Shown here: one piece after another, positions 32,301 to 42,791 of the stretch
Layout: each line of letters opens with the position of its first letter
Numbering within the stretch: position 1 is the stretch's first letter
Assembly (NCBI GenBank): GCA_008690995.1
Contig: VRMN01000004.1
Location: 744,001 to 808,000 of the forward strand
DNA from: Porphyridium purpureum
Taxonomy: Eukaryota
Direction of reading: 5' to 3'
Length of the DNA stretch: 64,000 bases
Program-made: the position numbers and the translations under genes
Notes under the pieces: model-generated
The model's database searches: none
Told to the model about the DNA's origin: nothing
The model's input: the letters and a program-made list of their open reading frames with translations, nothing else

Positions 32301-34639
32301 CCATTTACCAATGCAATGATCGGTACGTCTTCGTCTTGAGCAGCAGGTACGCGCAGCGAGCGGAACCACTTCTCATACTTTAGAATCTCCTCTTCATGCA
32401 TTTGTATTTGGAGTTGCATTTGCACCTGTGCCTGCGTGACAGCATACTCAACCATCCATCCCATGCCACTGTGTGCGAGCATGCCAGCGTTTTCGAGTAG
32501 CGCATTGAGAAAGAGCACCATGAAGTGCTCACCAAGAGCAGACGCTTGCCTCGCCGCGGCAGTGTTCATGACGGCGAGCACTGCAGACACAAACGCGCGC
32601 TGAGCGACGGCACGCTCACCTGATACCGCGTCCACCCGGAAGACCAGTCCCCATCGGATGGGAACAATCTCTGCGCGGCTTAGCTGTACCACGTGCAAAA
32701 GCGTCTGCAGATCCCGCTCGGATGTCACGTCAAGCACTAACACACACATGACCGTGTCCTTTTTATACGGCACCAATTTCATAAGAGCAGCGATCCCACC
32801 TTCTTCCTCCTCGTCTTGCTCCTCGCCCTTCCCAACCTGCAGCACTCGACGGGCAAAATCATTGAGGTTTCTTGGCGGGAGTGGATCCTGTGGCAGCGGT
32901 GCCGCGCTCAGCCACAGAATCGGAATATTCTCTTCATCTCCGTCGCCACGACCATGCCCGTGACGAACATCGTTTGCTTCATCCGGGAAGCCCGGCAAGA
33001 TGCGCGCTTCATCCCATATGCTTGTCTGATTGGCTTTGAAGTCTGCGACCACCTGCAGCACAAAGCCGATATCCACGTGAACGGACGAAGGCGGGAGGGG
33101 CAAATCCGTTATGCTATGCAGGCACAGCAAACATGTGCTCACGCTGTGCAAGTCAAGGTCAGCGGACTGCAAGTGGCCATTGATGAAAATTTCAGATGAG
33201 CTGGTACTACCGGAGCTGCTGCTCAGCCGATCTGCAAGGCGCTGCAATGCGTCCATATCCATGGAGCGCGGTCCGCGCAGGAATTTACGCAAAGCGCTGA
33301 TGCCCACGACGGGCTGATTTTCCGCCCACTGCTGTAGATAAAGTAGCGGATTGTGCACCTGCAGAGCCTCAACCACCACTGCGAGTTGCACATTAACAAA
33401 GTCCGGAGGCGTGGGCGCTGCGTCACCGGTGTCACTTGAAAACGCCGGGCGCAAGTAAAACGGGTCTGCAGTGTATTCTTCCAAGCTACTCGCTTCAACA
33501 AGATCCCGCCGCGCCAATTCCATGTACTCTTTCCAGAAAAGCGCATCTGCCTCGAAATCCACAGCGTTGTCGTTGTGCTCATCCAGATCCGGAGCCAAGT
33601 CGCCCGGTCCAGCGTGCTGCGAGACAGGAAAATGCGCAGCAGTATCTGAGAAAAGATCACTGTCGAACACCAGATCATCCACGACATTGTACTCTGTATT
33701 TTTGAGGTCAACGCGCACATCATAATTTTGCAGCGCAAGGATAGACGCACGTGCATCATTGGGGCTGCCTTTGTCCGAAGCTTGGTGCGGACTTTCAGCG
33801 TATATGTGATGAAAGTAGCACTCCAGGTGTTCCGCCACGCATGTTTGTAGCGTGGCTTCGTAGGTCTGCAGAAAGCCGCGCGTTCCGATTTGTGCGAACA
33901 GAGCGAGCGTCGCACTGCTTTTTTGCCGTGTCCGGTGCATCACATGACCATACTGGATATCGCGATGCAAGCCCTCTGCCAAGGCCACGTCCCGAAACTC
34001 GGCGTCGCTGCCTGGCAAAACTCTGCTGAGCGTGTGCGAGACCGCAAACGCAGCGTGTTCCGCGGCGCCGTGATGGTCGTTTGTCCGTACAAGCACGTAC
34101 AGGGGTTCCTGGGTATCCCCAAAATGGAGCGTCAGATTTGCTGCCTGACACCAATCGTGATGTACTGAGTGGTAGTACATGACTTTGGCGGCAAATGCGC
34201 GACTGGCCAGCGCCCACTCAGCCAGAATCGCATGCGCGTGGCCAAAGCGGTCCCGCACGTAGTCCAAAGCCCAATGCGCAAGCTCGACTTCCGTCATGTG
34301 CTGCAGATGCTCGGACGAAGCCCCCGCGTGACGCACAAACGCCGCGAACTCTGGTTCGAGATCTGTATCGAGACCAGCCGCATCTGCGGTGCCGTCCGCA
34401 TCCATGTACTCTGCAATCCACTCGGACACCTCGAGCAGCCTTGGCGGCGTATATTTCCACGGCGCGTGCATCCCGACGCGCAGATCCTCGCCCGCGCTGT
34501 GCAGCTGATCGCCTTGCTGCGGCGCGGCGGAGCATGCGCTCTGTGGCCGCGCATCGCACCCCGCTGCGTGCGCGATCTGGCCGCGGTACCACGCCGCCAG
34601 CAGCACCATGCATGCCCACACATACACAAGCGCCCTCAT
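29327..34639 (-). CDS. UGGT: UDP-glucose:glycoprotein glucosyltransferase (GT24)
   Basis: Signal peptide MRALVYVWACMVLLAAW. C-terminal IHVFSVASGHLYERFLRIMM, YKILFLDVLFPL, DSDQ, LSNLDQDLPN, WLWCETWC and IDLCNNPMTKEPKL. Ends in HAEL (HDEL-like). An alternative ATG lies at 34678. Confidence 0.96.
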   Translation of the reverse strand: MRALVYVWACMVLLAAWYRGQIAHAAGCDARPQSACSAAPQQGDQLHSAGEDLRVGMHAPWKYTPPRLLEVSEWIAEYMDADGTADAAGLDTDLEPEFAAFVRHAGASSEHLQHMTEVELAHWALDYVRDRFGHAHAILAEWALASRAFAAKVMYYHSVHHDWCQAANLTLHFGDTQEPLYVLVRTNDHHGAAEHAAFAVSHTLSRVLPGSDAEFRDVALAEGLHRDIQYGHVMHRTRQKSSATLALFAQIGTRGFLQTYEATLQTCVAEHLECYFHHIYAESPHQASDKGSPNDARASILALQNYDVRVDLKNTEYNVVDDLVFDSDLFSDTAAHFPVSQHAGPGDLAPDLDEHNDNAVDFEADALFWKEYMELARRDLVEASSLEEYTADPFYLRPAFSSDTGDAAPTPPDFVNVQLAVVVEALQVHNPLLYLQQWAENQPVVGISALRKFLRGPRSMDMDALQRLADRLSSSSGSTSSSEIFINGHLQSADLDLHSVSTCLLCLHSITDLPLPPSSVHVDIGFVLQVVADFKANQTSIWDEARILPGFPDEANDVRHGHGRGDGDEENIPILWLSAAPLPQDPLPPRNLNDFARRVLQVGKGEEQDEEEEGGIAALMKLVPYKKDTVMCVLVLDVTSERDLQTLLHVVQLSRAEIVPIRWGLVFRVDAVSGERAVAQRAFVSAVLAVMNTAAARQASALGEHFMVLFLNALLENAGMLAHSGMGWMVEYAVTQAQVQMQLQIQMHEEEILKYEKWFRSLRVPAAQDEDVPIIALVNGKRVDIQDGLDAIFSTARTEQKRLANQILKKGTRASATDRDATAQGNKHAKGQAENPLRLLFVGMRALTRFSKLFEVDDEKEGAASTDRFVPDFRRFTLKHASGVTEPEQHVWQVPWAHLKHVWLAREKTHPPATTVWIVGDFGDSTGSAQTLLRVLVQWMSDKRQSQSSSGSFRLALIPVGSSTASAALTFHELGGAFLSGSRSDANMEDTLFQTVLGDSRRPTGKHAELLDDELWHEMTEKLLRALGIESNAARDGVVVVDGIGFSAAELAQDVDDFDALLHYRGTLRSRLMLEAFASTSTATDEDTVVLLSVAAAAVHKNCGGAALVGEYQSTVMSTSRMRKRIDQAGEFAFSLSSSKPSAASNIQVDAFLRLDDARLSKLTQLLTYLHTSLDVPVRIVLIPRFPSTKLSKRFTKHVFEPRVFVPDGSAFTYPVASFQSNALPQQLVLTVSVDAPRTWLVSASAAHVDLDNVVLAPQVDKDVEKKRTILAEYVLDAVIISGSAWENAYAPGQDEQEGKGAVAQSVQGLQLALKRFGGQLVSDTVVMQNVGYYQLRATQPSRLRVEMIGAGRDVFVFEATGEPYVGVMLDSLADARRDANAFTPLPVRRRPQAPTDEVKLVVNVDEDDLNNDLDLKNHGADLEIMARSRISFRWWLKLERMLSAGRAWWQRHVPVHFLTAKSKEPIHVFSVASGHLYERFLRIMMLSASRQSSRPIKFWLLGNYLSPMFKAALPAFAAEHGFDYELVAYQWPPWLRSQSERQRVLWAYKILFLDVLFPLDVSHVIFIDSDQVVRGDLAELLSYQPLPHGAPYAFVPFCDSRVDVEGFRFWKHGYWRGVLGERPYHISALFLVDLRRFRRIAAGDALRVQYQLLSRDPASLSNLDQDLPNSMNKPGGLPIASLPLDWLWCETWCAEDTKWRARTIDLCNNPMTKEPKLVSAKRIIPEWIQLDKEATKSMARILAVNASVSCNVGEKNSAEEPSCVEHAEL

Positions 34640-35617
34640 CCCAGGACCCCGCCCACCCGCGAGCACACACACCCGCATCCATGCATCACACCATCCACTC
34701 CTGCCCCCCGCCCCTTTCTTCCCCCTGGCCCCCTTCCCGCTCGCTCCACCGTCACGTACAGCGCACAGTACCCCATCGCAGATGTACAGTGACACATGTA
34801 CCCACCCCCACACACCCCGCACCGTCGCGCGTGGAAGCAAAGACACCGATCCCTGTAGCAGTTCAAACACCACGCGATCGATCTCTGCCTCCTCGCTCTC
34901 TCATATGTGAAATACACCCACCTGCCTGTCTGTCTTTCCTTCTTGTCGCAGTCTATCTGTTCGGAACCGTCCCTGTTCTAATAAAAGCGAGCGAGCGAAT
35001 GAGCGAGCACGTGCCTTATTCCCAGCCTCCGTTTTCCCAGTGCACGCCACTCGGTGCGTGTCGCGCGCATGGAGCGCTCATTTCGCATTATCATGAAGTT
35101 TACTCCGCACTGTACACCTCTTACGAAAACCAACCCGCTTTGGTATGTAGAAATGAATCAACAACACACCCCACACACACACACCACCATACCGCCGCCG
35201 CCTCCTAGCACATACCGCTGCGTTCCTTTTCTACCTTGGCGGAGTATTTCGCGTGAGGTTTTTTTCCTTGGTGCGTTAGTGTGCGTGAGCGTGTTGTGTT
35301 TAGGAAGGGTGTGTTTGCTTATGAGTTTGGGTTGAAGACTTGGCAAAGATATCTGGGGGGCATGGTTTGGCGGTGGAGTCGAGAAAGAGGAAACCTGCGT
35401 TGGGGGTTCCAATTTGGCATGTGAGAACTACAGATCAGAAGACCAAACCAGGAGAGAGAGAGAGAAGAAATACTGCAGGCTTATGTGTGTATAAAGGAGG
35501 CGACTTGGACGGTGGATTGAGGAGGAAGAGCAGCGAGGAAGATCTTTGGTGCGAGTGAGTGTGCGTTTGGGTTTCGGGGTTTGAGGTGTGAGAGGAATTA
35601 AGAGCAGAGAAGGAAGA

Positions 35618-35968
35618 ATGGCGGAGAAGGATGACTTTAGTGAGCCGACCTCCATGGTGAACTTCCTGCAGCGCTACCACTCGGCAAAGGAGGAGAGCAA
35701 GCTGCCACGCTCGGACAGCCAGGTGGCCGGCTCGTCGCCGGTCCTGGCGCCGAAGAAAATGGACGTGCCCGACGCGCGCGCGTCGGCTATTCCGCGCTCC
35801 ACAAGTAATAGCCAGAGCGTGTGGACGGCGGTGTTCCATCCGTCCGGCAGCTACACCACGGGCAAAAGTATGTTTGATCGTGCGCCGAGCGCCGGCATGG
35901 GACAGTCCACCAGCGAGATTATCGACTTGTCGGACAAGCCCATCCAGCTTGACGGCCGACACCAGTAG
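35618..35968 (+). CDS. Small protein with a dormancy/auxin-associated (DRM1/ARP)-like C-terminal motif
   Basis: SVWTAVFHPSGSYTTGKSMFDRAP resembles the plant DRM1/ARP motif NVWRSVF(N/H)PGSN...FDKP. TATAAA at 35490-35495; strong GC3 codon bias supports coding. Confidence 0.55.
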   Translation: MAEKDDFSEPTSMVNFLQRYHSAKEESKLPRSDSQVAGSSPVLAPKKMDVPDARASAIPRSTSNSQSVWTAVFHPSGSYTTGKSMFDRAPSAGMGQSTSEIIDLSDKPIQLDGRHQ

Positions 35969-36437
35969 GCAGGGCACGTCCGTGGTGTATCCGCGCCCCC
36001 TGCGTGCACGTCCTCGATGCAGTGAACGTCTCTGTTGTTGACACGCGTTGCCGAAGCAGGACAGTCCAGAACGCAGAGATGAGCAGAACGAGTCGGTGCT
36101 GTGTATGAATGAACATGTTGGAACCCTGTCCACCCCAGTGGCTTTCTAAAACGAATGGCTAAAATATATGTTGAATGTTTTGTGTGCGTTTTTGTGTGCA
36201 GGTGTGAGCCACGCTCCTCGTCTTGACCCTCGCGGACCTCTTCATCTGTCCGCGGCGCGACAGGTCCCCCACGCCTGACTGTCCGCATTAACCAGCAGAC
36301 CCACTGGTCGCACGTGCGCTGACGGTGAAAAGTAGGCGATTTGTCATGACGTGGAAACAAGTAGCGCCCCGGAATCACGTTGGGACGTCCGCGTTCCTCG
36401 GGAGGGCGGGGAGAAGGGCGCGGAGAGCAGAGGGAGA

Positions 36438-38765
36438 ATGGCGAGGAGAGCAGCGTGGGTAAAGTACGGAGTGGCCGCTACGCTTTGTGCGGTGGTGCTG
36501 GCCTGCATCGGAGCATGGACGGGCGGCGATGTGAACCCGATCGCGCATCCGATCTCCGCGGTGGCAACGCCGAGCCGGCGCGGTCAGATCAACACTGGCG
36601 CGCCTGCAGACTCGGAGGAGTCGGGTGCGCAGTTGGATGGGCAGGACAGTGGGGAGAGCATGACGCTCGCGCGTGAGTTGATGAGCCAGAATGAGCCTGA
36701 AGGAAAAGAAGAGAAGGACGAGGAGAAGGACGAGGATGAGGAGAAGGACGAGAATCTTTCGCGAGGGCTTTCGGTGCTTGCCATTGTGAGCGTGCTCATC
36801 TGTATCACGCTCCTGTTCGAGCGGGTGAAGCACCACGTGGAGCATCACGTCGATGAGTCCCTCATGCCCGTCGTCGAGCATATGTTTGGTGAGCTGACGG
36901 TGCTTGGCTTCATTGGTTTGACGGTGTTTGGCCTGTCCAAAACGGGCCTGCTCGCAAACCTGTCGCAGAAGGTCTTTGGGGAAACGCAAGAGCTGCAGGA
37001 AATGACCGAGCTTGTGCATGTGGTCCTATTCTTCGGCATGATCCTTTTCTTGTTCCAGGTACTGTTGTTGATCCGCCTTGCGCAGGTTGTGAAGGGCCGC
37101 TGGGTCTGGTACGAGGACCTTGCGCTCGAAAAGCACGGTATGGATACGCAAGTACGCGCGCTTGGCGAGCTGGGTCTTTGTCTACAGGACTCACCGCTGA
37201 ATCTGGTGCTTAGGCTCAGACATCAAGTCCAGTACCTCAAGGTGGAGTTCTTGTCAGTGCGAGAAGAATTTATCCTGGACCGCCGCCCAGCAACTCAGGG
37301 TAAGATGGAACACCTTATGCAGTATCCAAAAGTGTTGCACAAGAACCCGCGCTTCGCCTTCTCGGATTATTTGGGGCGTATTTTGGACGAGAATGTGATT
37401 TCACTCACAGAAGTATCGGAGGGAATATGGGTGGTTCTGTTTGTGTGCTTCGTAGCGATGTGGGCTTGTGTATTGTTTTTCGGTTCGTTGATCGCTACAA
37501 TGATCTTCAGCCTGGTGTCTTACATCCTTGTCATTTTCTGGCTGCTGCTCTCCTTAAAATTGCGAAGCATCGTGCACAAGCTCACCCCGACGAAGCACTT
37601 GCTCGAGAGTAAGCGAATTGCTGAAGGTATGCGTGGCGCTAGTGCGGCTGAGAACGACGCGCTGCTTGCCGATGGCGCTCCGTCTGCCACAGAGCCGGAG
37701 TACTTGCGCCTGACAGAGGAGGAGATGATAGGATCGTCCCTGTTGCACCGATTCGTGAGCATTTTTTTCAAGTCCAAGTTTGTTGTGAAGCAAGACGCTT
37801 TATTTTGGGGTGGGTCGCACGGGCCAGATTTCATTCGTATGCTGCTGAGCACCTGCCAGATGTTGGCATCGTTCTACCTGGGTGTTTTCTTTGTGGTTTT
37901 GCTGCCGAACGTAGTCAAGCAGATACACGCCTTCGTGTTCGCATCCGGGAACTCGACGGTGATTTCTTTGATCGTTGTCGACTCGGTGCTGGCATTATGC
38001 GTTGTCTTCGTCGTGCTACTGCCAATCTTGCTGATTTACCTGTTGAGCTTTTTCATCATGCGTGACCTCGTGATTGCAACTGGAATCGAAATGCACAAGG
38101 AGCCAGAAACGATCCTCAAGGTTGCAAGAGCGCAAAGGACAAAGAACATGCTGAACTTGCTTGGAACACTGATTGCCATGCGAGCGTTTGTGCTGGCGCG
38201 ACTGGCCATGAAAAGTACGATGAAAGAAAAGTCGGCGGCGTCAGCTCAGAATACCTCAATTCCTGCGACAAAGAAAGGCACGAAGTCACAGCTGTCAGCC
38301 AAGGACCAGGCACTTGCAAAGGATCTCTTTCACGTGCTGGACCGCGACAGGAGCGGACAGGTTGCAAACACGGAATTGAGCCACATTTTCAGCGTCCTAT
38401 TTGGCGATAACATTTCGCCCGGGGAGCTCAACGAACTGATCGACGAGATTGATGCAGACAACAGCGGTGCCATTGATCTCGGCGAACTGGGTGCGTGGAT
38501 TTGTGATCACGACAAGACTGGATCCGCGCTGAGAATCACAGACAATGTCAGTGAACTTGTGGACTCCCTGTTTTTGATATTGGATAAGGACAAGAACGGA
38601 AGTGTCTCCGCCGACGAGCTCGGCAGAGTGCTTACCGTCTTGAATGGCGAGTTGAGTGCTGACGATATAACACAGATGGTTCTAGACATTTCCACAGACG
38701 ATGATGCTAGTATCACCAAGGCCGAATTCGCCAAGCTGGTTCAGCAGCATATGAGTGACCTGTAA
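36438..38765 (+). CDS. MLO-like multi-pass membrane protein with four C-terminal EF-hands
   Basis: ITLLFE...ELTVLGFIGL, VHVVLFF, FAFSDYLGR and LFW..P match MLO motifs. EF loops DRDRSGQVANTE, DADNSGAIDLGE, DKDKNGSVSADE and STDDDASITKAE. Confidence 0.8.
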   Translation: MARRAAWVKYGVAATLCAVVLACIGAWTGGDVNPIAHPISAVATPSRRGQINTGAPADSEESGAQLDGQDSGESMTLARELMSQNEPEGKEEKDEEKDEDEEKDENLSRGLSVLAIVSVLICITLLFERVKHHVEHHVDESLMPVVEHMFGELTVLGFIGLTVFGLSKTGLLANLSQKVFGETQELQEMTELVHVVLFFGMILFLFQVLLLIRLAQVVKGRWVWYEDLALEKHGMDTQVRALGELGLCLQDSPLNLVLRLRHQVQYLKVEFLSVREEFILDRRPATQGKMEHLMQYPKVLHKNPRFAFSDYLGRILDENVISLTEVSEGIWVVLFVCFVAMWACVLFFGSLIATMIFSLVSYILVIFWLLLSLKLRSIVHKLTPTKHLLESKRIAEGMRGASAAENDALLADGAPSATEPEYLRLTEEEMIGSSLLHRFVSIFFKSKFVVKQDALFWGGSHGPDFIRMLLSTCQMLASFYLGVFFVVLLPNVVKQIHAFVFASGNSTVISLIVVDSVLALCVVFVVLLPILLIYLLSFFIMRDLVIATGIEMHKEPETILKVARAQRTKNMLNLLGTLIAMRAFVLARLAMKSTMKEKSAASAQNTSIPATKKGTKSQLSAKDQALAKDLFHVLDRDRSGQVANTELSHIFSVLFGDNISPGELNELIDEIDADNSGAIDLGELGAWICDHDKTGSALRITDNVSELVDSLFLILDKDKNGSVSADELGRVLTVLNGELSADDITQMVLDISTDDDASITKAEFAKLVQQHMSDL

Positions 38766-39229
38766 AGGTCACGTCATTGCAGTCCCACTTTTCATGTTCG
38801 CGTCTGTCAACGCATGAAAAACAAAAATGAGAACGCCGAGACGAAAGGTTCGTTTTCTGCCTGATGCAGGCGTAGCGCACGAAACAGTGTCCGGATGCAG
38901 CATCTTTGAATCTAGCCTTTTCGCGCGAGAACTCAAAGAGGGATCATTGCCGTACATTTGGTGGGAAAATAAAAAGTATTACAGACTCGAAAGGTGTGGG
39001 TAAAATGATTTTGCGAGTGACTGAAATCGCACACATAGTTGCTTTTTCTTCGTCCCGGTTGACGAGGAGTCGGCGGCGGAGTTTTCGTGCTCATCTTCAA
39101 TCCTCTGATGCAAGTCCCGCCGTTCCAATCGCAGAAAATGTAGCCCATCACGAGAAAAATGACCTCTGTATTGTGGTCTGGAGTATATTCGCGGTTACTC
39201 AAGTAGAGGCATAAATGCTTTTCGACAGA

Positions 39230-39661
39230 TCACTTGCTCGGCTTGACAACTGCCTGTGTCTTGCGAGAAGTTGTGAAATTCAGAATGCTGTTGCGCTTCT
39301 TGCGCTGCGAGAATTCCAGGTACTCGTCGAACTTGGTGCTGTGTACATGCGCAGGTAGAGGCGTAGCGCGGGTCCCCGGGTCACCCTTATTCGAATACTT
39401 CACGCGTATCGAGCTCGGACATGCCTCCAGCATCGTGGCGGTTGTCTCCTCGTCTTCTTCAAAATCGACGCACTCAAACGATCCCTTGCTGCTGGCTTTC
39501 TGGCTCAGCACCTTCCCAAAGTGACGCAGATTCTGTGCGCTCGTCACCTTTTTTAGGTTGAGAAACGAGGAGCTCGCGTTCATCCTGATCCCTCTTGGCG
39601 AGACCGCGGGCGAGCTGGCAAAGTTTTCGTTCAGTTTGTACTCGACATCGACACGCGACAT
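39230..39661 (-). CDS. Hypothetical Ser/Lys-rich protein (143 aa)
   Basis: ATG-initiated ORF with coding-like composition between the MLO and RPS7 genes; contains LKKVTSAQNL; no family recognised. Confidence 0.6.
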   Translation of the reverse strand: MSRVDVEYKLNENFASSPAVSPRGIRMNASSSFLNLKKVTSAQNLRHFGKVLSQKASSKGSFECVDFEEDEETTATMLEACPSSIRVKYSNKGDPGTRATPLPAHVHSTKFDEYLEFSQRKKRNSILNFTTSRKTQAVVKPSK

Positions 39662-40084
39662 GTTGCCGGGTTTCCAAACCGCTGCTAAAGGAGCAAGGAG
39701 GTCGGACGCTGCACGAGCTCGCGGCTATGTCCGACGTCAACGCCGAATGAGTGTCGAGGGCGCCAAGACTCTTCATCCCCTTTCCGACAGGAGCCCACCA
39801 GCACTGCGACGCATTCCAGCCCCGCCTTCCGGAAGCCTAGTTGGAAACACTGCAGTTGCGTACATCCATGACCCCGACAACCGCCTCACGATCCTTCACA
39901 CTACGTGCACGTTCTCCATCCATACACGCACATCAGTGCGTCGACACCCAACACCAGCGTATATCTGCAGTTTGCGTGTCACCGCACGTCCTCATCATCA
40001 TTCCGTCATCTCTGGCAAGGTCGACGTTATTGCGCTGGTGACCTGGCGACTTGATGTCTTGTTGCGTTGGTGAGATGGTGTCCT

Positions 40085-40118
40085 TGTGTGTGTGTGTGTG
40101 TCTCTCTCTCTCTCTCTC
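40085..40118. repeat. Compound (TG)n(TC)n microsatellite
   Basis: tgtgtgtgtgtgtgtg tctctctctctctctctc seen directly. Confidence 0.9.
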
Positions 40119-40639
40119 GGTCTGATTCTCTCTTAGTCCATGTCATGCCATGGTCTCACCCTTCCCCCAATGCCAAGTCCGAGTCGCGTCACACCAGGAC
40201 GATCTGCCATGACGTGTCAGCGCGCGGAACCCAACCGCCACACTCCACCGGAGTACAGTCATTTCAAGGGTTCTCCGCGTTCTCCACCCAGACCTCCCGG
40301 TTAGATCGAGGGTTTCTGCGACGTGCGCGCATCAAAACCGGCCCCGCAACTGTACGTCGACGCGCAACCATGTTCCGGTGTACCGCCGCGGTTCAGTTGG
40401 CCGTCGGCGTGGGGGAGGGGGGCAGCAAGCGCGGTTGTGTATGAAAGCGCGCTGGTTTGATAGGCGCGTGCGGATGGTCTCCGGCGGTGTGTGTGAGGGA
40501 GCGAGAGAGAGAATGAGGCCAAGCGTGCATGCAGGCGCTCAGTTGATTAAGAGGAAGACGAACAATACGGGAAAGAGTGACGGTGGGGGTTGAATACGCG
40601 GTGTGTGTGTGTGGGGGTTGGGGGCACGAGGGGAAGAAG

Positions 40640-41224
40640 ATGGCGATGGAAAGGCTGGTCAAGCCGGCTGGCGCAACCGCGGACCCGCTGGAAGAAGAGG
40701 TGGCCAAGGCGCTGTTTGACTTGGAGCAGAACTCGAACGAGCTCAAGGCCGAGTTGAAGGTGCTCAAGTTTGCGTCGGCGCGCGAGGTGGAGGCCGCGAG
40801 CGGGAAGAAGGTCGTGGTGATCTTTGTGCCGCCTCCGCAGCTGGGCGCGTACCACAAGATCCAGACGCGCCTGGTGCGCGAGCTCGAGAAAAAGTTCTCC
40901 GGCAAGCAGGTCGTGCTGATTGCTCAGAGAAAGATCATTTCGCGAGAAAAGAAAGGCAGACGCCAGCATAAGCAGAAGCGTCCGCATTCGCGATCGCTGA
41001 CGGCAGTGCACGAGGCGATTCTCGACGATCTGGTCTTCCCGACTGAAATCGTGGGTAAGCGCACCCGCTACCGAACAGACGGCTCGCGGCAACTCAAGGT
41101 CCACCTCGACCACAAGGACCAGCAAAACGCAGAGTACAAGGTGGAGGCGTTCGAGGCCGTATATAGGAAGCTTACTGGAAAGGAAGTTGTGTTTGAGTTT
41201 CCCGTAATTGCTGACCTGTCTTAG
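40640..41224 (+). CDS. RPS7: 40S ribosomal protein S7 (eS7)
   Basis: KIQTRLVRELEKKFSGK, KRPHSRSLTAVHEAILDDLVFPTEIVGKR and VYRKLTGKEVVFEFP. Confidence 0.97.
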   Translation: MAMERLVKPAGATADPLEEEVAKALFDLEQNSNELKAELKVLKFASAREVEAASGKKVVVIFVPPPQLGAYHKIQTRLVRELEKKFSGKQVVLIAQRKIISREKKGRRQHKQKRPHSRSLTAVHEAILDDLVFPTEIVGKRTRYRTDGSRQLKVHLDHKDQQNAEYKVEAFEAVYRKLTGKEVVFEFPVIADLS

Positions 41225-41314
41225 GGCGTACTTGTTCTTCTTGAGTATCTAGATCAGTACACATGAGATTCGCTTTCTACTCCCTAGCCTGAGATTGGCA
41301 CACACTGCGGCAGC

Positions 41315-42514
41315 ATGTGCTTCTTCCGTCATTCTTACCACGTGCATCCCAAGAACCCTCTTGATTCCTCTCGCTCTGTGCGTCAGTCGGTTTCCACACG
41401 CAATTTGTTTGCTTGCGCGCAGGCAAGCAACAACATTCCCGTGTTCTGCCCGGCAGCGATGGCGGCGACAAACACGCGCGTTTTGAGCGCACAGGCAGCA
41501 GACGATTTGTACGCCGTCGCATGGTCGCAGCGCCCGGACCGCGCGCTGCGGCTGGCGGTGGGTGGGCTCGATGCCCCGGGCAGTTTGGATGTGTATGACG
41601 TGGTGGAGAGTGCATCCGCCGCCGAAGCGCTACAACTACAGCTCGTGGACTCGGTCGCGTTACCAGGTGTGTCCGTCAAGTGCATGTGGGTGCCTGATGA
41701 CGCGTGCCAAGCGCCTGGACTCGTGGCGAGCGCGGGGGACGCGCTACATGTCTGCATGATCCCGGATCAGGTCACCGGCTCCGTGGGGCATGCAAAAGTC
41801 GCCATGTCGCTGCAAAGCGCAGAGGAGGCCACTCAGGAGTTTTGCGTGCCGCTTACGGGACTCGACTGGCCTGAACCGGGCAGGATTGCAACCAGCTCCG
41901 TGTACGGTCACGTCAGCATTTGGGACGTCGAAAGTGCGCGACTCGTGCAGAAGATTCAGGCGCACGACGAGCCTTGCTATGAGGTGGCCTTCCAGCCGAT
42001 GACAAGCGGAAAGAGTGGTGCAAACAAGTTTATCAGCACAAGCAGAGACGGGTCGGTGCGAATGTTCGACACGCGCGACCTTCACTATTCAATGGTTGTA
42101 TTTGAAGCCCCACAGAAGGGCAACGCAATGATCCGTGCCAGTTGGAACAGATTGAACGAAAATCTGTTGTGCGTGGTACCTCGGCATTCGGACCAGTTGC
42201 ATATTCTTGACGTACGCGTTCCGTGCCTTCCTGTCGCCTCCTTGAGCACGGACTTGGATGCGAAAGTGAGCCAGCACGAAAGCGTGGCAGTAAACGCATG
42301 CAGCTGGGCGCCTTCATCAGCGCACCATCTTGCCACGTGCGACTCGTCCGGCACAGCGTATGTCTTTGATCTGGAGGCACTGCCCGAGCCTGTATCAGAG
42401 CCAATCCTACAGTACAAGTGGCACGCGCCGCTAAATAACATGGCGTGGTCCGCATGCCGTCCAGAGTGGCTCGCACTGGTGAGTGGGAATGTCTTGCAGG
42501 TGCTCCAGGTATAG
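41315..42514 (+). CDS. WD40 protein of the DCAF7/WDR68/AN11/TTG1/LWD family
   Basis: PLTGLDW, AHDEPCYEVAF, DGSVRMFDTRDLHYSMVVFE, ILDVRVPCLPVASL and VNACSWAP..AHHLAT. The likely start is ATG 41459. Confidence 0.85.
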   Translation: MCFFRHSYHVHPKNPLDSSRSVRQSVSTRNLFACAQASNNIPVFCPAAMAATNTRVLSAQAADDLYAVAWSQRPDRALRLAVGGLDAPGSLDVYDVVESASAAEALQLQLVDSVALPGVSVKCMWVPDDACQAPGLVASAGDALHVCMIPDQVTGSVGHAKVAMSLQSAEEATQEFCVPLTGLDWPEPGRIATSSVYGHVSIWDVESARLVQKIQAHDEPCYEVAFQPMTSGKSGANKFISTSRDGSVRMFDTRDLHYSMVVFEAPQKGNAMIRASWNRLNENLLCVVPRHSDQLHILDVRVPCLPVASLSTDLDAKVSQHESVAVNACSWAPSSAHHLATCDSSGTAYVFDLEALPEPVSEPILQYKWHAPLNNMAWSACRPEWLALVSGNVLQVLQV

Positions 42515-42791
42515 CAAAAGTAAAGTATTCTGAATAAGCGCATTCTTGCACAAGCGGACGCGCGCCGTTACGCTCTCTTCGTATCGTATGCCATAGCGCG
42601 CAGGTCCGAACTCTCGAACTGCTTCGCAAGCTATCGAGGATCTAGACTTGATCAACCACAGAAATTCTCATTTATTTCAACTCAATTTTCACACACATGG
42701 ACTCATTCTTCAAATAAACAAAGACTCGCCTAAGGAGAAATAGATGCCACACTCGTCATTCATCAATCTTCCTCAGACCTCCGGTCATCTA

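Noticed and set aside
34195..35208. 337-aa P/R/H-rich plus-strand ORF
   Set aside because: Antisense to the GC-rich UGGT 5' region and its purine-rich leader
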